From Nitrospirota bacterium (GTDB lineage Bacteria > Nitrospirota > UBA9217): a DNA stretch of 64,000 nt. Below the pieces are notes generated by a model. That model was given only the letters and a program-made list of their open reading frames with translations. It was not told the origin of the DNA and made no database searches. The translations under genes were made by a program, and so were the position numbers. This document shows, one piece after another, positions 48,610 through 59,460 of the stretch (its first letter is position 1; every line of letters begins with the position of its first letter). The stretch covers positions 1-64,000 of the forward strand of contig JAOUEV010000007.1 in the NCBI GenBank assembly GCA_029858565.1. The letters are read 5' to 3'.

Positions 48610-48960
48610 TCAATATTACATAACCTAACGGTGTACTGCCGGATGCGAGATCATAATTCTCGAAGGGATCAGCGCAGCCGGATTCTGCACGCGATGATCA
48701 CCACCCTGTTCGCGTCGGCGCATATCCTTACGCAGGACTGCTCATGCGTTTTCGTGAAGAAACCGCTCTAGCAGGCAGGGGTTATCCGTGCATATGCCGT
48801 ATTGGTTCTAAGGTATTAATCATGCGCGTGCTTTTGGCATAAAAAAAGACGGTATAACAACAAGTTCCAGTGAATGTTTATGTGCTACAATAAATTCAGG
48901 ACGGAACTTCGGCCGCTCGCCAAGCACGAGAGGTGTTTTCCCCTTTGCAAGGAGCAGGCC

Positions 48961-51900
48961 ATGGAAGTAGCAAAACATCGTTACCTGAAGTTTGCAGCAA
49001 TCTTATGCATTTTGTCAGCTCTCTATTTCGGACCGGGCAGGGGGGCAATCCTCGCACTCGATTCACCGCACAGCCCGCAATCGAGCAGCCGGCCGATGAC
49101 ATGTTCATCGTGCCATATCTCTCCTTCCGGACCAACGCCTCTCTGGAAAACGCTGCCGACATCAACGGACAATACCTATAAGAACAACCTTTGCACAAGC
49201 TGCCACTCAGCGGGAAAACTGACCACCAGCAAGTACGAGGACATCAAGACGCATACCGCCGGCATCACCGGCAGTTCTTATTGGGGTGGCGCCTGGGCGG
49301 TGGAGTGCGTTACCTGTCATTCGCCGCACTTTCAAATGCAGTCCATAACCTACGGTTCCGATCCCGCGATCAAGCTTGCCAGTGGCACTATATCTGCTCT
49401 TGTATCGTCTCCCAACGCCACGATGTCGACTTTGACGGACAGCACGAAGAATTTCATTCCTGACGAGTATATCGGTCATCTCCTCATTCCGAATACAGCC
49501 TATCCGACCGGGATCTACCGCATCAAGTCAAACACCAGCGCCACCGTCACGGTGGAAGGCGCCATCAACCTGAGCCGTACAGGCGTAGGAAAATCCTATG
49601 CGATCCACTACGGGAAGATGATAAACAGCCAGGTGCGCACGCCCGCTAGCGGGAATCTGCCGGTCAGATTCTTTCACAACACAGGCGCGAACTCCTATGC
49701 AACGAGCACGTCACCGACCGGCATGACATCGATATGTCAGATCTGTCATACCCAGACGGCTTCGTTCAACAACAGCGGCGAGCTGGAGGGGCCGCGTCAT
49801 CCTGCGAACAAGGCGGGGACGAACTGCATGGTCTGTCATCCTCACTCGAAAGGATTCAAGGCAGATTGCGCTCTATGCCATGGAGAGCCGCCGGTGAGTG
49901 CGGACCAGTTGGCCGTACCTCCAACGGGTTCAGATAATCCCGGGAAGCACGAGGGGCATGTGTCGAATGCGGGCATTGCATGCGCGGCCTGCCACCGGGA
50001 CTATCAAATGCCCGATGACACGACCCACAGTATTGACATCGGATTCGACAATTTCGGTTCCGGCGGCGGACAGTACCGGGGCCAGTCTGCGGTTAATTAC
50101 CAGGGACGGAACGGTACGGACGTTAGCGTCCGGGACGATTCGCGGATCTGTACGAACATTACCTGCCACAGCACGGGCAACCTGTCCGTGACCGGCGGCC
50201 AGCTTCCGGCCGTCTACGGCGGGAACAAGTACGCATCGCCCCTCTGGATGACCACGGCTCCCGCCGCGGCATGCGGTTCCTGCCATGGACGGAGCACCTC
50301 GACCGGCATGCCGGACTACACGAACGGAGGCGCGGGTTCGACCACGGCAAACAGCCATCCCAGGCACGTGGTGAGCGGCAATATCGAATGCTCCTGGTGT
50401 CATGTCCGAACCGTACCCGCAGGCATGAGTCCGGTGGACTACAGCCAGGGTAAGCACGTGAATGGGAGCAGCCAGGATGTTTACTTCGCGGCGCCGAACG
50501 AGAGCGCCGCGTATGCCGGCGGAACAAAGACCTGCTCGGCGACCTACTGCCACGGAAGCGCCGCACCGCAATGGGGCGGCACCGCGCCCTGCGGGAGCTG
50601 TCATGCCGCCACGGCGGAGACCATTACGAGCGGGAGCCACCAGGTCCATCTTTCCACAACAGGCGGCCGCGGGCCCAATGGGGTGAGCGTCATCGTGACC
50701 TGCGACACCTGTCATGGCACGGGAGCCGTTTCAGGTGCGCACAGCGGTCACGTGGACGGCTCCGTGACCTTTACCGACGTCAATGCGATCGCCGCTACCA
50801 GTGCATGCAATTCCTGTCATAGTCCGGGAGGCGACTATGACGGCGTGAGTGATGCATCCATCGGCGCGAAAACGAACTGGGCCGGCGGGGTCTATTCCGG
50901 AGGCACATTGGCCGCGGGAAAGGAAAAATGGTGCGCTGGCTGCCACGACAAGTCCCCGTCGGTGATAAACACCGTAAACGCGCCTAACATCGCGGGCGAT
51001 GAGTCCGGCTCCTTCATCTACGGCACCGGTTGGGGATTCTATAAGACCGGCCACGGCCTTCCGAGTGCGGGCACCATGCCTGCAAGCGGCGGCGCAACGA
51101 ATGGTCCCGGCAGCAGCTGCACCGATTGCCATGATATATCCAAAGGGCATATCGACGGGGATGCGCGGACCTTTGCTTGCGCCTCCGGCACCGGCGGCGC
51201 CTGCACTACCGCTTACAAGACCGCATATCGTCTGAAGGACGTGGCCGGCGGTTCGCCGCTTGAGATGCCGCCGACAGGTACGAATGCGGAAAGTTTCCGT
51301 CTCTGTTTCAGCTGTCATACCAGCACCGAGGCCTGGCTGACGAACAACCGGGCAGGCACCAACTTCTACCAGGAAGGAACGTCTAGGAACGATCATTACT
51401 ATCACCTTACCGCTGTCGCAAAAACAGCCGAGATCGACTGGGACGGCGCATTCGAAGGGAAAATGTCCTGCATAACCTGCCACAATGTGCATGGCTCCAA
51501 AAATCCGGCCATGATCCGCGCGGATGAACTGACAGGGTTCCCGTCGCTCAGTGTCCGCTACGGCAATGCCGGCAGCACCCACACGGCCGGGCAGATCGAG
51601 CCGGTGCCGAACAATATCACGCTCGTGGAGAGCACCAAGCTGACTATGCTGGGAACCCTGGCAAACACCTATTGTCAGCACTGCCACGGGTCCGGAACCG
51701 CCATTATGACCGTTTCCCGCACTCCGACGGGCATTGAACCGCGTCCGCCTGTGCTTACCTGGGTCGGCTATCCGGGATTCGAGACCGACGGTGCAACGCC
51801 CGATAGCAGCGAGAGCAATAGCGCATTTACCTTCCGTGTCACCTATACGGATATCAATCAGGACGCGCCGACCAAGGTCCAGCTATGGATCGACCTGAAC

Positions 51901-54186
51901 AATGATGGTGATTACAGCGACGCAGGCGAGAAGATCGATATGCAGTCGGCCTTTGTTGTTCTCGACCCCTATGCCCCTTATTCGCGCGGCGTTGACTATG
52001 TCACCACGGTCGCGATCAGCAAGACCGCTCCTGCGGGGAACACCGTTAAATACCGGTTCTACGCGGAGTCGGGCGCAGATGTCGCGACCGGCGCGCCGAC
52101 CAGCGACAGCACTTTGACGCTCCTGAACAAAGCGCCGGTGCTCGCCTGGACGGGGGAGGCTAGCTTCACCGAAGACGGCGTCAATCCGGATTACGGACCG
52201 AAGGACGGGAGCTACGCGTTCCGGATCAGGTATGTCGATGATGACGGCGATTCCTGCCCGGCGAGCGGTTCGGCCGCTATTCAGGTCTGGCTCGATCTGA
52301 ACGGCGACCTGCAGTACGGCGCTGACGAGAAGTTCAACCTGAACGAGGCCGACCCGGGCGATACGAACTGCACGACCTCGGGCGGCGGCAAGCTCTATGC
52401 GCTGGGCGCCATCCTGCCGAACACGAGCGGCGGCAACAAGGTCGCTGCCTACCGGTTCTTCGCAACTGACGGCACGAGCGCGGCAGCCGGTCCTCCCGTA
52501 TCCGGCGGCACGGTCACGGTTGCGGCAACAACGAACAGGCCGCCCTCACTTGCCTGGGACGGCGGCGTCTGTCGGCCGCAGGGCGCCATGCCGCCGAAGA
52601 GCGCGACGAGCTCCTCGATCAACTTCAGCATTCGCTATTACGACGATGACAACCAGTGTCCGGCGAGCGGGACACCGGCGATCCAGGTCTGGGTGGACTT
52701 GGACAAATCCGGATCGTACTCAAGCGGTGAAAAGTTCAATCTTGCCGAGGAATCACCGGCGGACACCGATTGCACGACCGCAGGCGGCGGCAAGGTGTAC
52801 GGCGTGACCGTGGTTCCGACCATGGCTGCTGATGATATTCCCTACGAATTCCACGCGTCTGACGGCATCGACACCGCGCTCGGCGCTCCTGCGACCGTCG
52901 GCGCCACGGTGGATGTCATCGCGGCCACCTATGTTGTAAGACAGGACGGGACCGAGGATTACACGACGATCACTGCCGCCATTGCCGCGGTCGGGGCGAA
53001 CAACAGCAGGACCATCCTTGTGTACAACGGGACCTATGCGGAAAACCTGACCATCACGCAGGACCCACTGACCTTGGTGTCGGCTTGCGGCGCAAGCGAG
53101 ACGATTATCACGTCCGCGGTCGATCCGGTCGTGCATTTCAACCTGAGCGTCGGCAGCGTGTTCGATGGCTTTACGGTCACCGGCGGCGCCGGATCAGGCA
53201 TCAAGGCAACAGGGAACAACTTCAACGGCCTCACCAGCACGCCGTCGATCAAGAACAGCATCATTTTCGGCAACGGAGGCCGGGGCATTTACGGCTACCG
53301 TGCCACGGTCACGATAACAGGTTCGGAGATCTACGACAATCTCGGCGGAGGGGTGTCCCTCTACGCTGGATCGATCTCCGATTCAACGATAAGGAACAAC
53401 TCGGTGACCGGTAACGGCGGCGGGGTCTCGACCGACGCAAGCGACAAAGGAGCGTTCACGCTCACCAATGTCACGATCAAGGACAACAGCGCCAGCGGGT
53501 ACGGCGGCGGGATCTACTGTCAGAACTCGGACGGCGGTTACGCGCCTTCCTTCTCGAAGCTTATCGTGTCGCGCAACACGGGCAGCGTCGGCGGCGGCGG
53601 TTATTTCACTTCCTGCAACCCGACCTTTACAAACAGCCTGGTCGTCGACAACAACGCGGTGAACGGCGGCGGTATGGGCGCCGGGACCTCTGCCTCTACC
53701 TGGTTCCTGAACAGCACAGTCGTGAACAATAGCGCGTCCGCTGACGGCGGCGGATTCTACACCTCCGGTTTGAGCGACACGGTCAACTTCGCCAACAGCA
53801 TCCTCTGGGGGAACCGCGCGAACGGGTCCGGTCATCTCGGCCGTTTCGCCCAATCGAGCGGCAGCGTGGTCAGCGCCTATCTTTATGATTCGATTATCGA
53901 AAACAACGGTGATACCAATATCACCGATGATAATTACTTCAGCACAACGATCTATGTCGCCATTGTCGACGGTGGGGGAAATCATGACGCAGACCCGAAC
54001 TTCATCGACCGGATCAACGGAGACAAGACTATGCGGAATTACCGCGTCCAGTCGCCTTCGATCGCCATCGATCGTGCGGGAAATACCTCGGGCAAGGGCA
54101 TTCCGACCGACGACCTTGACGGGAACAGCCGTCCCGCGGGGAGCGAGGATATCGGCGCGTATGAATATGTTGGCGCCGCGCCTTAG
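48961..54186 (+). CDS. Giant extracellular multiheme cytochrome with Ig-like repeats and C-terminal beta-helix
   Basis: Signal peptide; 17 CxxCH plus 2 CxxxxCH; three P.L.W..Y.D..Q.W.DL repeats; GGG/N-rich parallel beta-helix; SIAID..DLDGNSR..DIGAYEY tail. Confidence 0.9.
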   Translation: MEVAKHRYLKFAAILCILSALYFGPGRGAILALDSPHSPQSSSRPMTCSSCHISPSGPTPLWKTLPTSTDNTYKNNLCTSCHSAGKLTTSKYEDIKTHTAGITGSSYWGGAWAVECVTCHSPHFQMQSITYGSDPAIKLASGTISALVSSPNATMSTLTDSTKNFIPDEYIGHLLIPNTAYPTGIYRIKSNTSATVTVEGAINLSRTGVGKSYAIHYGKMINSQVRTPASGNLPVRFFHNTGANSYATSTSPTGMTSICQICHTQTASFNNSGELEGPRHPANKAGTNCMVCHPHSKGFKADCALCHGEPPVSADQLAVPPTGSDNPGKHEGHVSNAGIACAACHRDYQMPDDTTHSIDIGFDNFGSGGGQYRGQSAVNYQGRNGTDVSVRDDSRICTNITCHSTGNLSVTGGQLPAVYGGNKYASPLWMTTAPAAACGSCHGRSTSTGMPDYTNGGAGSTTANSHPRHVVSGNIECSWCHVRTVPAGMSPVDYSQGKHVNGSSQDVYFAAPNESAAYAGGTKTCSATYCHGSAAPQWGGTAPCGSCHAATAETITSGSHQVHLSTTGGRGPNGVSVIVTCDTCHGTGAVSGAHSGHVDGSVTFTDVNAIAATSACNSCHSPGGDYDGVSDASIGAKTNWAGGVYSGGTLAAGKEKWCAGCHDKSPSVINTVNAPNIAGDESGSFIYGTGWGFYKTGHGLPSAGTMPASGGATNGPGSSCTDCHDISKGHIDGDARTFACASGTGGACTTAYKTAYRLKDVAGGSPLEMPPTGTNAESFRLCFSCHTSTEAWLTNNRAGTNFYQEGTSRNDHYYHLTAVAKTAEIDWDGAFEGKMSCITCHNVHGSKNPAMIRADELTGFPSLSVRYGNAGSTHTAGQIEPVPNNITLVESTKLTMLGTLANTYCQHCHGSGTAIMTVSRTPTGIEPRPPVLTWVGYPGFETDGATPDSSESNSAFTFRVTYTDINQDAPTKVQLWIDLNNDGDYSDAGEKIDMQSAFVVLDPYAPYSRGVDYVTTVAISKTAPAGNTVKYRFYAESGADVATGAPTSDSTLTLLNKAPVLAWTGEASFTEDGVNPDYGPKDGSYAFRIRYVDDDGDSCPASGSAAIQVWLDLNGDLQYGADEKFNLNEADPGDTNCTTSGGGKLYALGAILPNTSGGNKVAAYRFFATDGTSAAAGPPVSGGTVTVAATTNRPPSLAWDGGVCRPQGAMPPKSATSSSINFSIRYYDDDNQCPASGTPAIQVWVDLDKSGSYSSGEKFNLAEESPADTDCTTAGGGKVYGVTVVPTMAADDIPYEFHASDGIDTALGAPATVGATVDVIAATYVVRQDGTEDYTTITAAIAAVGANNSRTILVYNGTYAENLTITQDPLTLVSACGASETIITSAVDPVVHFNLSVGSVFDGFTVTGGAGSGIKATGNNFNGLTSTPSIKNSIIFGNGGRGIYGYRATVTITGSEIYDNLGGGVSLYAGSISDSTIRNNSVTGNGGGVSTDASDKGAFTLTNVTIKDNSASGYGGGIYCQNSDGGYAPSFSKLIVSRNTGSVGGGGYFTSCNPTFTNSLVVDNNAVNGGGMGAGTSASTWFLNSTVVNNSASADGGGFYTSGLSDTVNFANSILWGNRANGSGHLGRFAQSSGSVVSAYLYDSIIENNGDTNITDDNYFSTTIYVAIVDGGGNHDADPNFIDRINGDKTMRNYRVQSPSIAIDRAGNTSGKGIPTDDLDGNSRPAGSEDIGAYEYVGAAP

Positions 54187-54224
54187 CAGCTCGGCTGAGC
54201 GTGACGAGCCGGAAGGAGGAAGAC

Positions 54225-56882
54225 GTGAACGTCAAGACAAAAGCGCTGGTCATGGTAAGCCTGCTCATGCTGATCCTGGCGGGATTCTTCCTGGTCCAGG
54301 GGATCCTCGAACACAATCAGGACCTGGCAAGAGCGGTCAGCGATGAGGAAAAGACCATCGACGATACCTTCGCTGATATACAGCGTTACGCCTTCTCTCC
54401 CTATCGCGTCAGGATCAGGCAGATGATGCGAAATCGGCCGGAGATCGTCTCGGCTTTTGCCGACCGCGACCGCGAGCGGCTCTATCGGCTAACGCTGCCA
54501 CTGTATAAGGACCTGCGGGAAGCGAATGGGTATGTGCATGCCGTCGACTTCACCCTTCCCGACGGAACGGTTTTTCTCCGCATGCAGAAGCCTCATGACC
54601 ACGGCGACAAGATCAATCTGTCCCGCTCCATCATCCGGACGGTCCACGAAAAGAAGGAGCAGCAGGCGGGCTACGATGTGGGCAGGCACGGGCTCATGTA
54701 CTGGGTGGCGCAGCCCCTGTTCGACGGGGCTCGCTATGTCGGTGCGGTCGAGATCGGTATTCACGTAAGCCAGCTTACCTTTGCCCTGGCGGACCGGTTC
54801 AGGACGGAAGTGACGACGGTCATCGAGCAGGAAGAGTGGCGGAAGGCAACGGGTGTCAAGGAGGGCTTCCGCCGGTTCGGCCGGTACGTCGTTATGATGA
54901 ATAGCGGATCAATCTACACCCAGCTTCCCGATACCTTTGATTTCTCTCGCACCCAGGATTCCCGGATCCTGCTGAACGGCAAGCCACACGTGCTCCATAT
55001 CTGTGCTGGTCTCCTGGATCACGAAGGGAAGCAGATCGGAAGCATTCTGGTGGCCCAGGACATCTCCGAGAAGATCGCAAACCGGCAGGAGTTTGTCCGG
55101 AACGCGGCCGCCGTCACGGTGACGTCGCTCGGTATTTCCTTTCTTTTTCTCTATTTCACTTTCGGCGGTCTGATCGGGAAATTCGAAGAGTATGCCAACG
55201 AGAACCGGCGCGCCAAGGAAGAGGTCGAGCAGGCGAACAGCGCGCTCGAGGCCCGCGTTCAGGAGCGGACCGAGGACCTGGCTCGAGTGAACAACTCTCT
55301 GCAGGAACAGCACCGGTTCCTGCAAACGATCATCGAATCGATGACCCAGCCGTTCTACGTCATTGACGCTGAAACCTACCGGATCGTGCTGGCCAACAGC
55401 GCGGCATACGGGAACCTGGACCGTGCGGACGCGACCCTCACCTGCTACCGCATGACCCATCACCGGGACAAACCCTGTTCCGGCGACGACCACCCCTGCG
55501 CGATCAAGGAAGTGAAACGGACGGGACGCCCGGCGGTGCTTGAGCATGTCCACATGGACCAGAACGGGGCAGAGCATATCAACGAGATCTATGCGTATCC
55601 GATCCAGGGCGCCGACGGCGCGATCCGGAACGTTATCGAATACTGCATCGATGTCACCGACCGCAGGAAGGCCGATGAGGAAAAGAAGAAGATGCTCGTG
55701 CAGCTCAACCAGATGCAGAAGATGGAGGCGATCGGCGCGCTTGCCGGCGGCATCGCGCACGATTTCAATAATATCCTCGCTGCCATGCTGGGCTATGCGG
55801 ATCTTGCGCGGCGAAGGACGTCGGAGGGGAGCGATACGCGGGACATGCTGTGCAAGGTCATCGAGGCAGGCGACCGCGCCAAGCTTCTGGTGCGCCAGAT
55901 ACTCTCGTTCAGCCGGCAGACCGATCAGCAGCTGACGCCGATCAAGGTCCAGGATGTCCTATACGAAGCATTGCGTCTCCTCCGCGCATCGATACCCTCG
56001 ACCATCGAGTTGCGCCAGAACATCGACGATGGGTGCGATCACGTCCTTGCGGACCCGACCCAGATCCATCAGATCATCATGAACCTTGGCACCAATGCCT
56101 ACCAAGCCATGCGGGAAAAGGGCGGCGTGCTTGCGGTCAGTCTCCGGCCGGTGACTGTAGGCGGTGACACGCACCGCACCGCCAGCCTAGTGCTGCCGCC
56201 GGGCGAATATGTCAAGCTCGAGGTGAGCGACACCGGCCACGGTATGAAGCCGGAGATCATGAAGCGGATCTTCGATCCCTACTTCACGACGAAGAAACCG
56301 GGCGAAGGCACCGGCATGGGCCTGGCAGTGGTCCACGGTATCGTCAAGAGCCATGGAGGCCAGGTCACGGTTTATAGCGAGCCCGAGGTGGGAACGACCT
56401 TCAATGTATACCTGCCGCAGCTCAAGGCCGCCGAGCGGGCCGGGCATGCGCAGGAGACCGGACCGGCGGTCGAGCTGCTGCCCGGGGGTCATGAGCGCAT
56501 CCTTTTCGTCGATGACGAGGTACAGATCGCAGCGATGGGTCGGCAGATGCTGGAAAATATGGGTTACCGGGTCGTCTCGTGCAACGACAGCCTTGAAGCG
56601 CTTCGCGTGTTCCAGGAGCGGCCCGATGCATTCGATCTGGTGATCACGGACATGACGATGCCGAACCTGACCGGCGCGGACCTGGCCAGGCAACTACTCG
56701 TCATCCGTCGTGACATTCCGATCATCCTCTGCACGGGTTTCAGCGAACTGATCAATGCTGATAAGGCTCGGGAGATCGGCATTCGGGAATACCTCATGAA
56801 GCCACTACTGGCCGGCGAGATTGCCAAAGCCGTACGGAAGGTCCTGTCGTCCGCGACCCAGCCGGGGGCCCCGATAGGGTAG
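54225..56882 (+). CDS. Hybrid histidine kinase (Cache-like sensor, Cys-rich PAS, HisKA, HATPase, REC)
   Basis: RBS GGAGGA plus GTG; GGIAHDFNN; PYFTTK..GTGMGL; REC ITDMTMP. Confidence 0.92.
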   Translation: MNVKTKALVMVSLLMLILAGFFLVQGILEHNQDLARAVSDEEKTIDDTFADIQRYAFSPYRVRIRQMMRNRPEIVSAFADRDRERLYRLTLPLYKDLREANGYVHAVDFTLPDGTVFLRMQKPHDHGDKINLSRSIIRTVHEKKEQQAGYDVGRHGLMYWVAQPLFDGARYVGAVEIGIHVSQLTFALADRFRTEVTTVIEQEEWRKATGVKEGFRRFGRYVVMMNSGSIYTQLPDTFDFSRTQDSRILLNGKPHVLHICAGLLDHEGKQIGSILVAQDISEKIANRQEFVRNAAAVTVTSLGISFLFLYFTFGGLIGKFEEYANENRRAKEEVEQANSALEARVQERTEDLARVNNSLQEQHRFLQTIIESMTQPFYVIDAETYRIVLANSAAYGNLDRADATLTCYRMTHHRDKPCSGDDHPCAIKEVKRTGRPAVLEHVHMDQNGAEHINEIYAYPIQGADGAIRNVIEYCIDVTDRRKADEEKKKMLVQLNQMQKMEAIGALAGGIAHDFNNILAAMLGYADLARRRTSEGSDTRDMLCKVIEAGDRAKLLVRQILSFSRQTDQQLTPIKVQDVLYEALRLLRASIPSTIELRQNIDDGCDHVLADPTQIHQIIMNLGTNAYQAMREKGGVLAVSLRPVTVGGDTHRTASLVLPPGEYVKLEVSDTGHGMKPEIMKRIFDPYFTTKKPGEGTGMGLAVVHGIVKSHGGQVTVYSEPEVGTTFNVYLPQLKAAERAGHAQETGPAVELLPGGHERILFVDDEVQIAAMGRQMLENMGYRVVSCNDSLEALRVFQERPDAFDLVITDMTMPNLTGADLARQLLVIRRDIPIILCTGFSELINADKAREIGIREYLMKPLLAGEIAKAVRKVLSSATQPGAPIG

Positions 56883-56916
56883 CCGTGCTAAGACCGGGCG
56901 TGCCGGGGAGGATGCT

Positions 56917-58563
56917 ATGGAAGAACTGAAAAATAATCAGGACAGAGACCGAGCCGGCTGGCTGCAGCGGTACAAGAAAACGATCATCCTGTCCACGGTT
57001 CTCGTTCTCGCGGCCGTCATCGCCGTTGTCATGGTGTTCATCGGCGCAACGCTGCGGAGCCGGCTGATCCAGGACAGCAGGATGAAAACAGAAGAGCTGG
57101 CCGGGGTGATCGAGCTGAGTCTTCGGCACCTGATGACCGCGCGGAATCCCGGGAAGATCCAGCAGTCGCTGGAAGTGATCAGCGCGGGCGGCTCTTCGAT
57201 CGTGAATGCATTTATTCTCGACAACCAGGGGAGGATCGCCTATTCGTCAAGAACGAGCGATATCGGGGCGCGCATCGACCGGTTTTGCGAGCCTTCCTGC
57301 ACCGGATGTCATGCCGGCGCCGCTACCCTTTCACAGGAGACCGCGACGTTATTGACAACGGACGGCGGGTCCTACCTGCGATGCGTCAAGGTCATTCGAA
57401 ATAATGGCGCCTGTTTTGCGTGCCATCCCCCCTCGTCCCGCACGGTCGGAAAGCTGATCATCGACCGATCCATGCTGCCGACCTCCCAGCTGATCACGGC
57501 GGTCATGCTTATTCTGGCAATCTCGGGGGTGCTCTCGCTTGCCGTCCTCGTTCCCTTCATTGTCAAGTTCCTCTCCCGGGGCGTGGATAAATACATATCC
57601 GAGATCCTGTTCAAGTCGTCCGAGCTCTCCATGCTTTATGCGATCGTCAAGCGCTTGAGCAAGACGATCGAGCTGGAAGAGCTGAAGCAGGTGGTGATCG
57701 ACATAGTCCGCGACCTGTACCGCGCCGACGAGGTCCATATCCTGCTGCCCAAGGGCGGCAAGGAGTACGGCGGCGTTTTCTGGAGCAATAAGGATAACAA
57801 GATCGATCGCCGGGTCGTGCCCGACCAGGACCCCTATCGCGACCTTATCCTCGACTGGCTTGACGGCGGCCTGCTGCAGGAACGGCTTGTCGACGGAGGG
57901 CGGACGGTCGTCATCCCTCTTGAGAAGGGCGGCACACGACTTGGGATGATCATCGCAACACGGTCCGACAGGTTGTTCAACGACCACGATCTTGAACTGG
58001 TCCGGGCCATGGGGAGCCATATATCCGTCGCCCTGGAAAACGCTTCGCTCTATCGTATCGCCATCACGGACGAGCTGACGGGCCTTTATTCCAAGCGGCA
58101 CTTCCGCACCATGATCGAGAAGAAATTCGAGCTGTACGAGAAATACGGAGAAAAGCTGACGCTCCTCATTCTGGACATCGATGATTTCAAGAAAGTGAAT
58201 GACACCTACGGACATCCGGCGGGAGATAGCATCCTGCGCGAAGTGGCTTCCCGCGTTATGAACACCACCCGCGAGGGGGACCTTGATTTTCGCTACGGTG
58301 GCGAGGAGTTCATCGTACTTCTGCCCGCGACAGCCGATGCGGGAGGGGTCTATGTGGCAGAGCGGATATGCGAGCAGATCAACAGCGCCGGCTTTGATAT
58401 CGGGGAAACGAGACTTCGTATCACCGTCAGCATCGGCGTGGCATGCGTTCCGGAACATGCGGTGACCATCCGCGATCTGGTGAGCGAGGCGGACAAGGCG
58501 CTGTACGAAGCGAAAAAAACGGGAAAAAACCGGGTCGTGTTGAGCCGGAATCGGCCGGTGTAG
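56917..58563 (+). CDS. Diguanylate cyclase with periplasmic two-CxxCH sensor and GAF
   Basis: CTGCH and CFACH between TMs; DIDDFK.VNDTYGH; REGD I-site; GGEEF. Confidence 0.92.
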   Translation: MEELKNNQDRDRAGWLQRYKKTIILSTVLVLAAVIAVVMVFIGATLRSRLIQDSRMKTEELAGVIELSLRHLMTARNPGKIQQSLEVISAGGSSIVNAFILDNQGRIAYSSRTSDIGARIDRFCEPSCTGCHAGAATLSQETATLLTTDGGSYLRCVKVIRNNGACFACHPPSSRTVGKLIIDRSMLPTSQLITAVMLILAISGVLSLAVLVPFIVKFLSRGVDKYISEILFKSSELSMLYAIVKRLSKTIELEELKQVVIDIVRDLYRADEVHILLPKGGKEYGGVFWSNKDNKIDRRVVPDQDPYRDLILDWLDGGLLQERLVDGGRTVVIPLEKGGTRLGMIIATRSDRLFNDHDLELVRAMGSHISVALENASLYRIAITDELTGLYSKRHFRTMIEKKFELYEKYGEKLTLLILDIDDFKKVNDTYGHPAGDSILREVASRVMNTTREGDLDFRYGGEEFIVLLPATADAGGVYVAERICEQINSAGFDIGETRLRITVSIGVACVPEHAVTIRDLVSEADKALYEAKKTGKNRVVLSRNRPV

Positions 58564-58773
58564 TCCCCTCGGCCTTGACATGCACAGTATCGCAGCAGAA
58601 CCAGCTTGCCCGTCGCCGGGAGGGGGTCCCGTCGATGCCGTCATTCGGATCGTTAACACAGCATTTTATCAGCATCATCGTGGCCAACTCTTGCGCAGTA
58701 TCTTTGATGACCTCATGTCGGGGAGGAAATTACGCAGGGGAATTCCGTGATCTGATGGGGAGAGGGAGAATGC

Positions 58774-59375
58774 ATGTTGGAAGAAACGGGAATAAATGCA
58801 GTGTTGGACAGGATCTTTTTTATCACCGAACGCGTTGTTGCTCTTGACAGTATCGACGATATCTTCGATCACGTTGTCAGGACCGCCGTCCAGATCACCA
58901 ACTCGGAGGCGGGTACGATACGGATGTTCGATCATGGTACAGGCCTGCTCAAGATCGTCAAGGGATACGGCGTGTCGACCGGTTTCCTATCGCAGCCGGC
59001 CGTCAGGATCGGAGAGGGGATCGCCGGACGGGTGGTGCTCCAGGGACGTCCCTATGCAACGGTCAATATCACAAAGACCCCCTATAGCGTGAACAAGGAA
59101 TTCGCGAGACCGGAGGGGATCAAGAGCTTGATGAGCGTGCCGCTCAAATCGAGGGGTGTGACGCTGGGATGCATCACGGTCTGCCGCAAGAAGGCTGACG
59201 GCTTTTCCGAGCAAGAGCTGATCATGCTCAGCATCTTTTCAGCGCAAGCTGCTGAAGCCATGGAGAAGATGCAGCTGATAGTTTCGGTCTGCTCAGAAAA
59301 GCGGATAACGCCATGTATGCTGCCAAGCGAGCGGGAAAGAACCGTGTCCTGCCCTGCAGCGCCGGTGAGGGATAA
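58774..59375 (+). pseudogene. GAF-GGDEF gene with internal deletion and frameshift
   Basis: Intact GAF, then out-of-frame GGDEF tail ADNAMYAAKRAGKNRV ending at TAA 59373-59375. Confidence 0.8.
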
Positions 59376-59412
59376 TAGGCCATTGCAGCGGTCGTTGCAT
59401 GTCGCGTGGCGC

Positions 59413-59444
59413 GAACCGCCGGCAGAAACTACTGCCGGCGGTTC
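59413..59444. terminator. Hairpin between convergent genes
   Basis: GAACCGCCGGCAG-AAACTA-CTGCCGGCGGTTC. Confidence 0.7.
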
Positions 59445-59460
59445 TGTTTCAGATGACGGA

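Noticed and set aside
58050-58563. Hypr-type (cGAMP-forming) GGDEF
   Set aside because: Retains Asp in GHPAGD, as in ordinary c-di-GMP cyclases.
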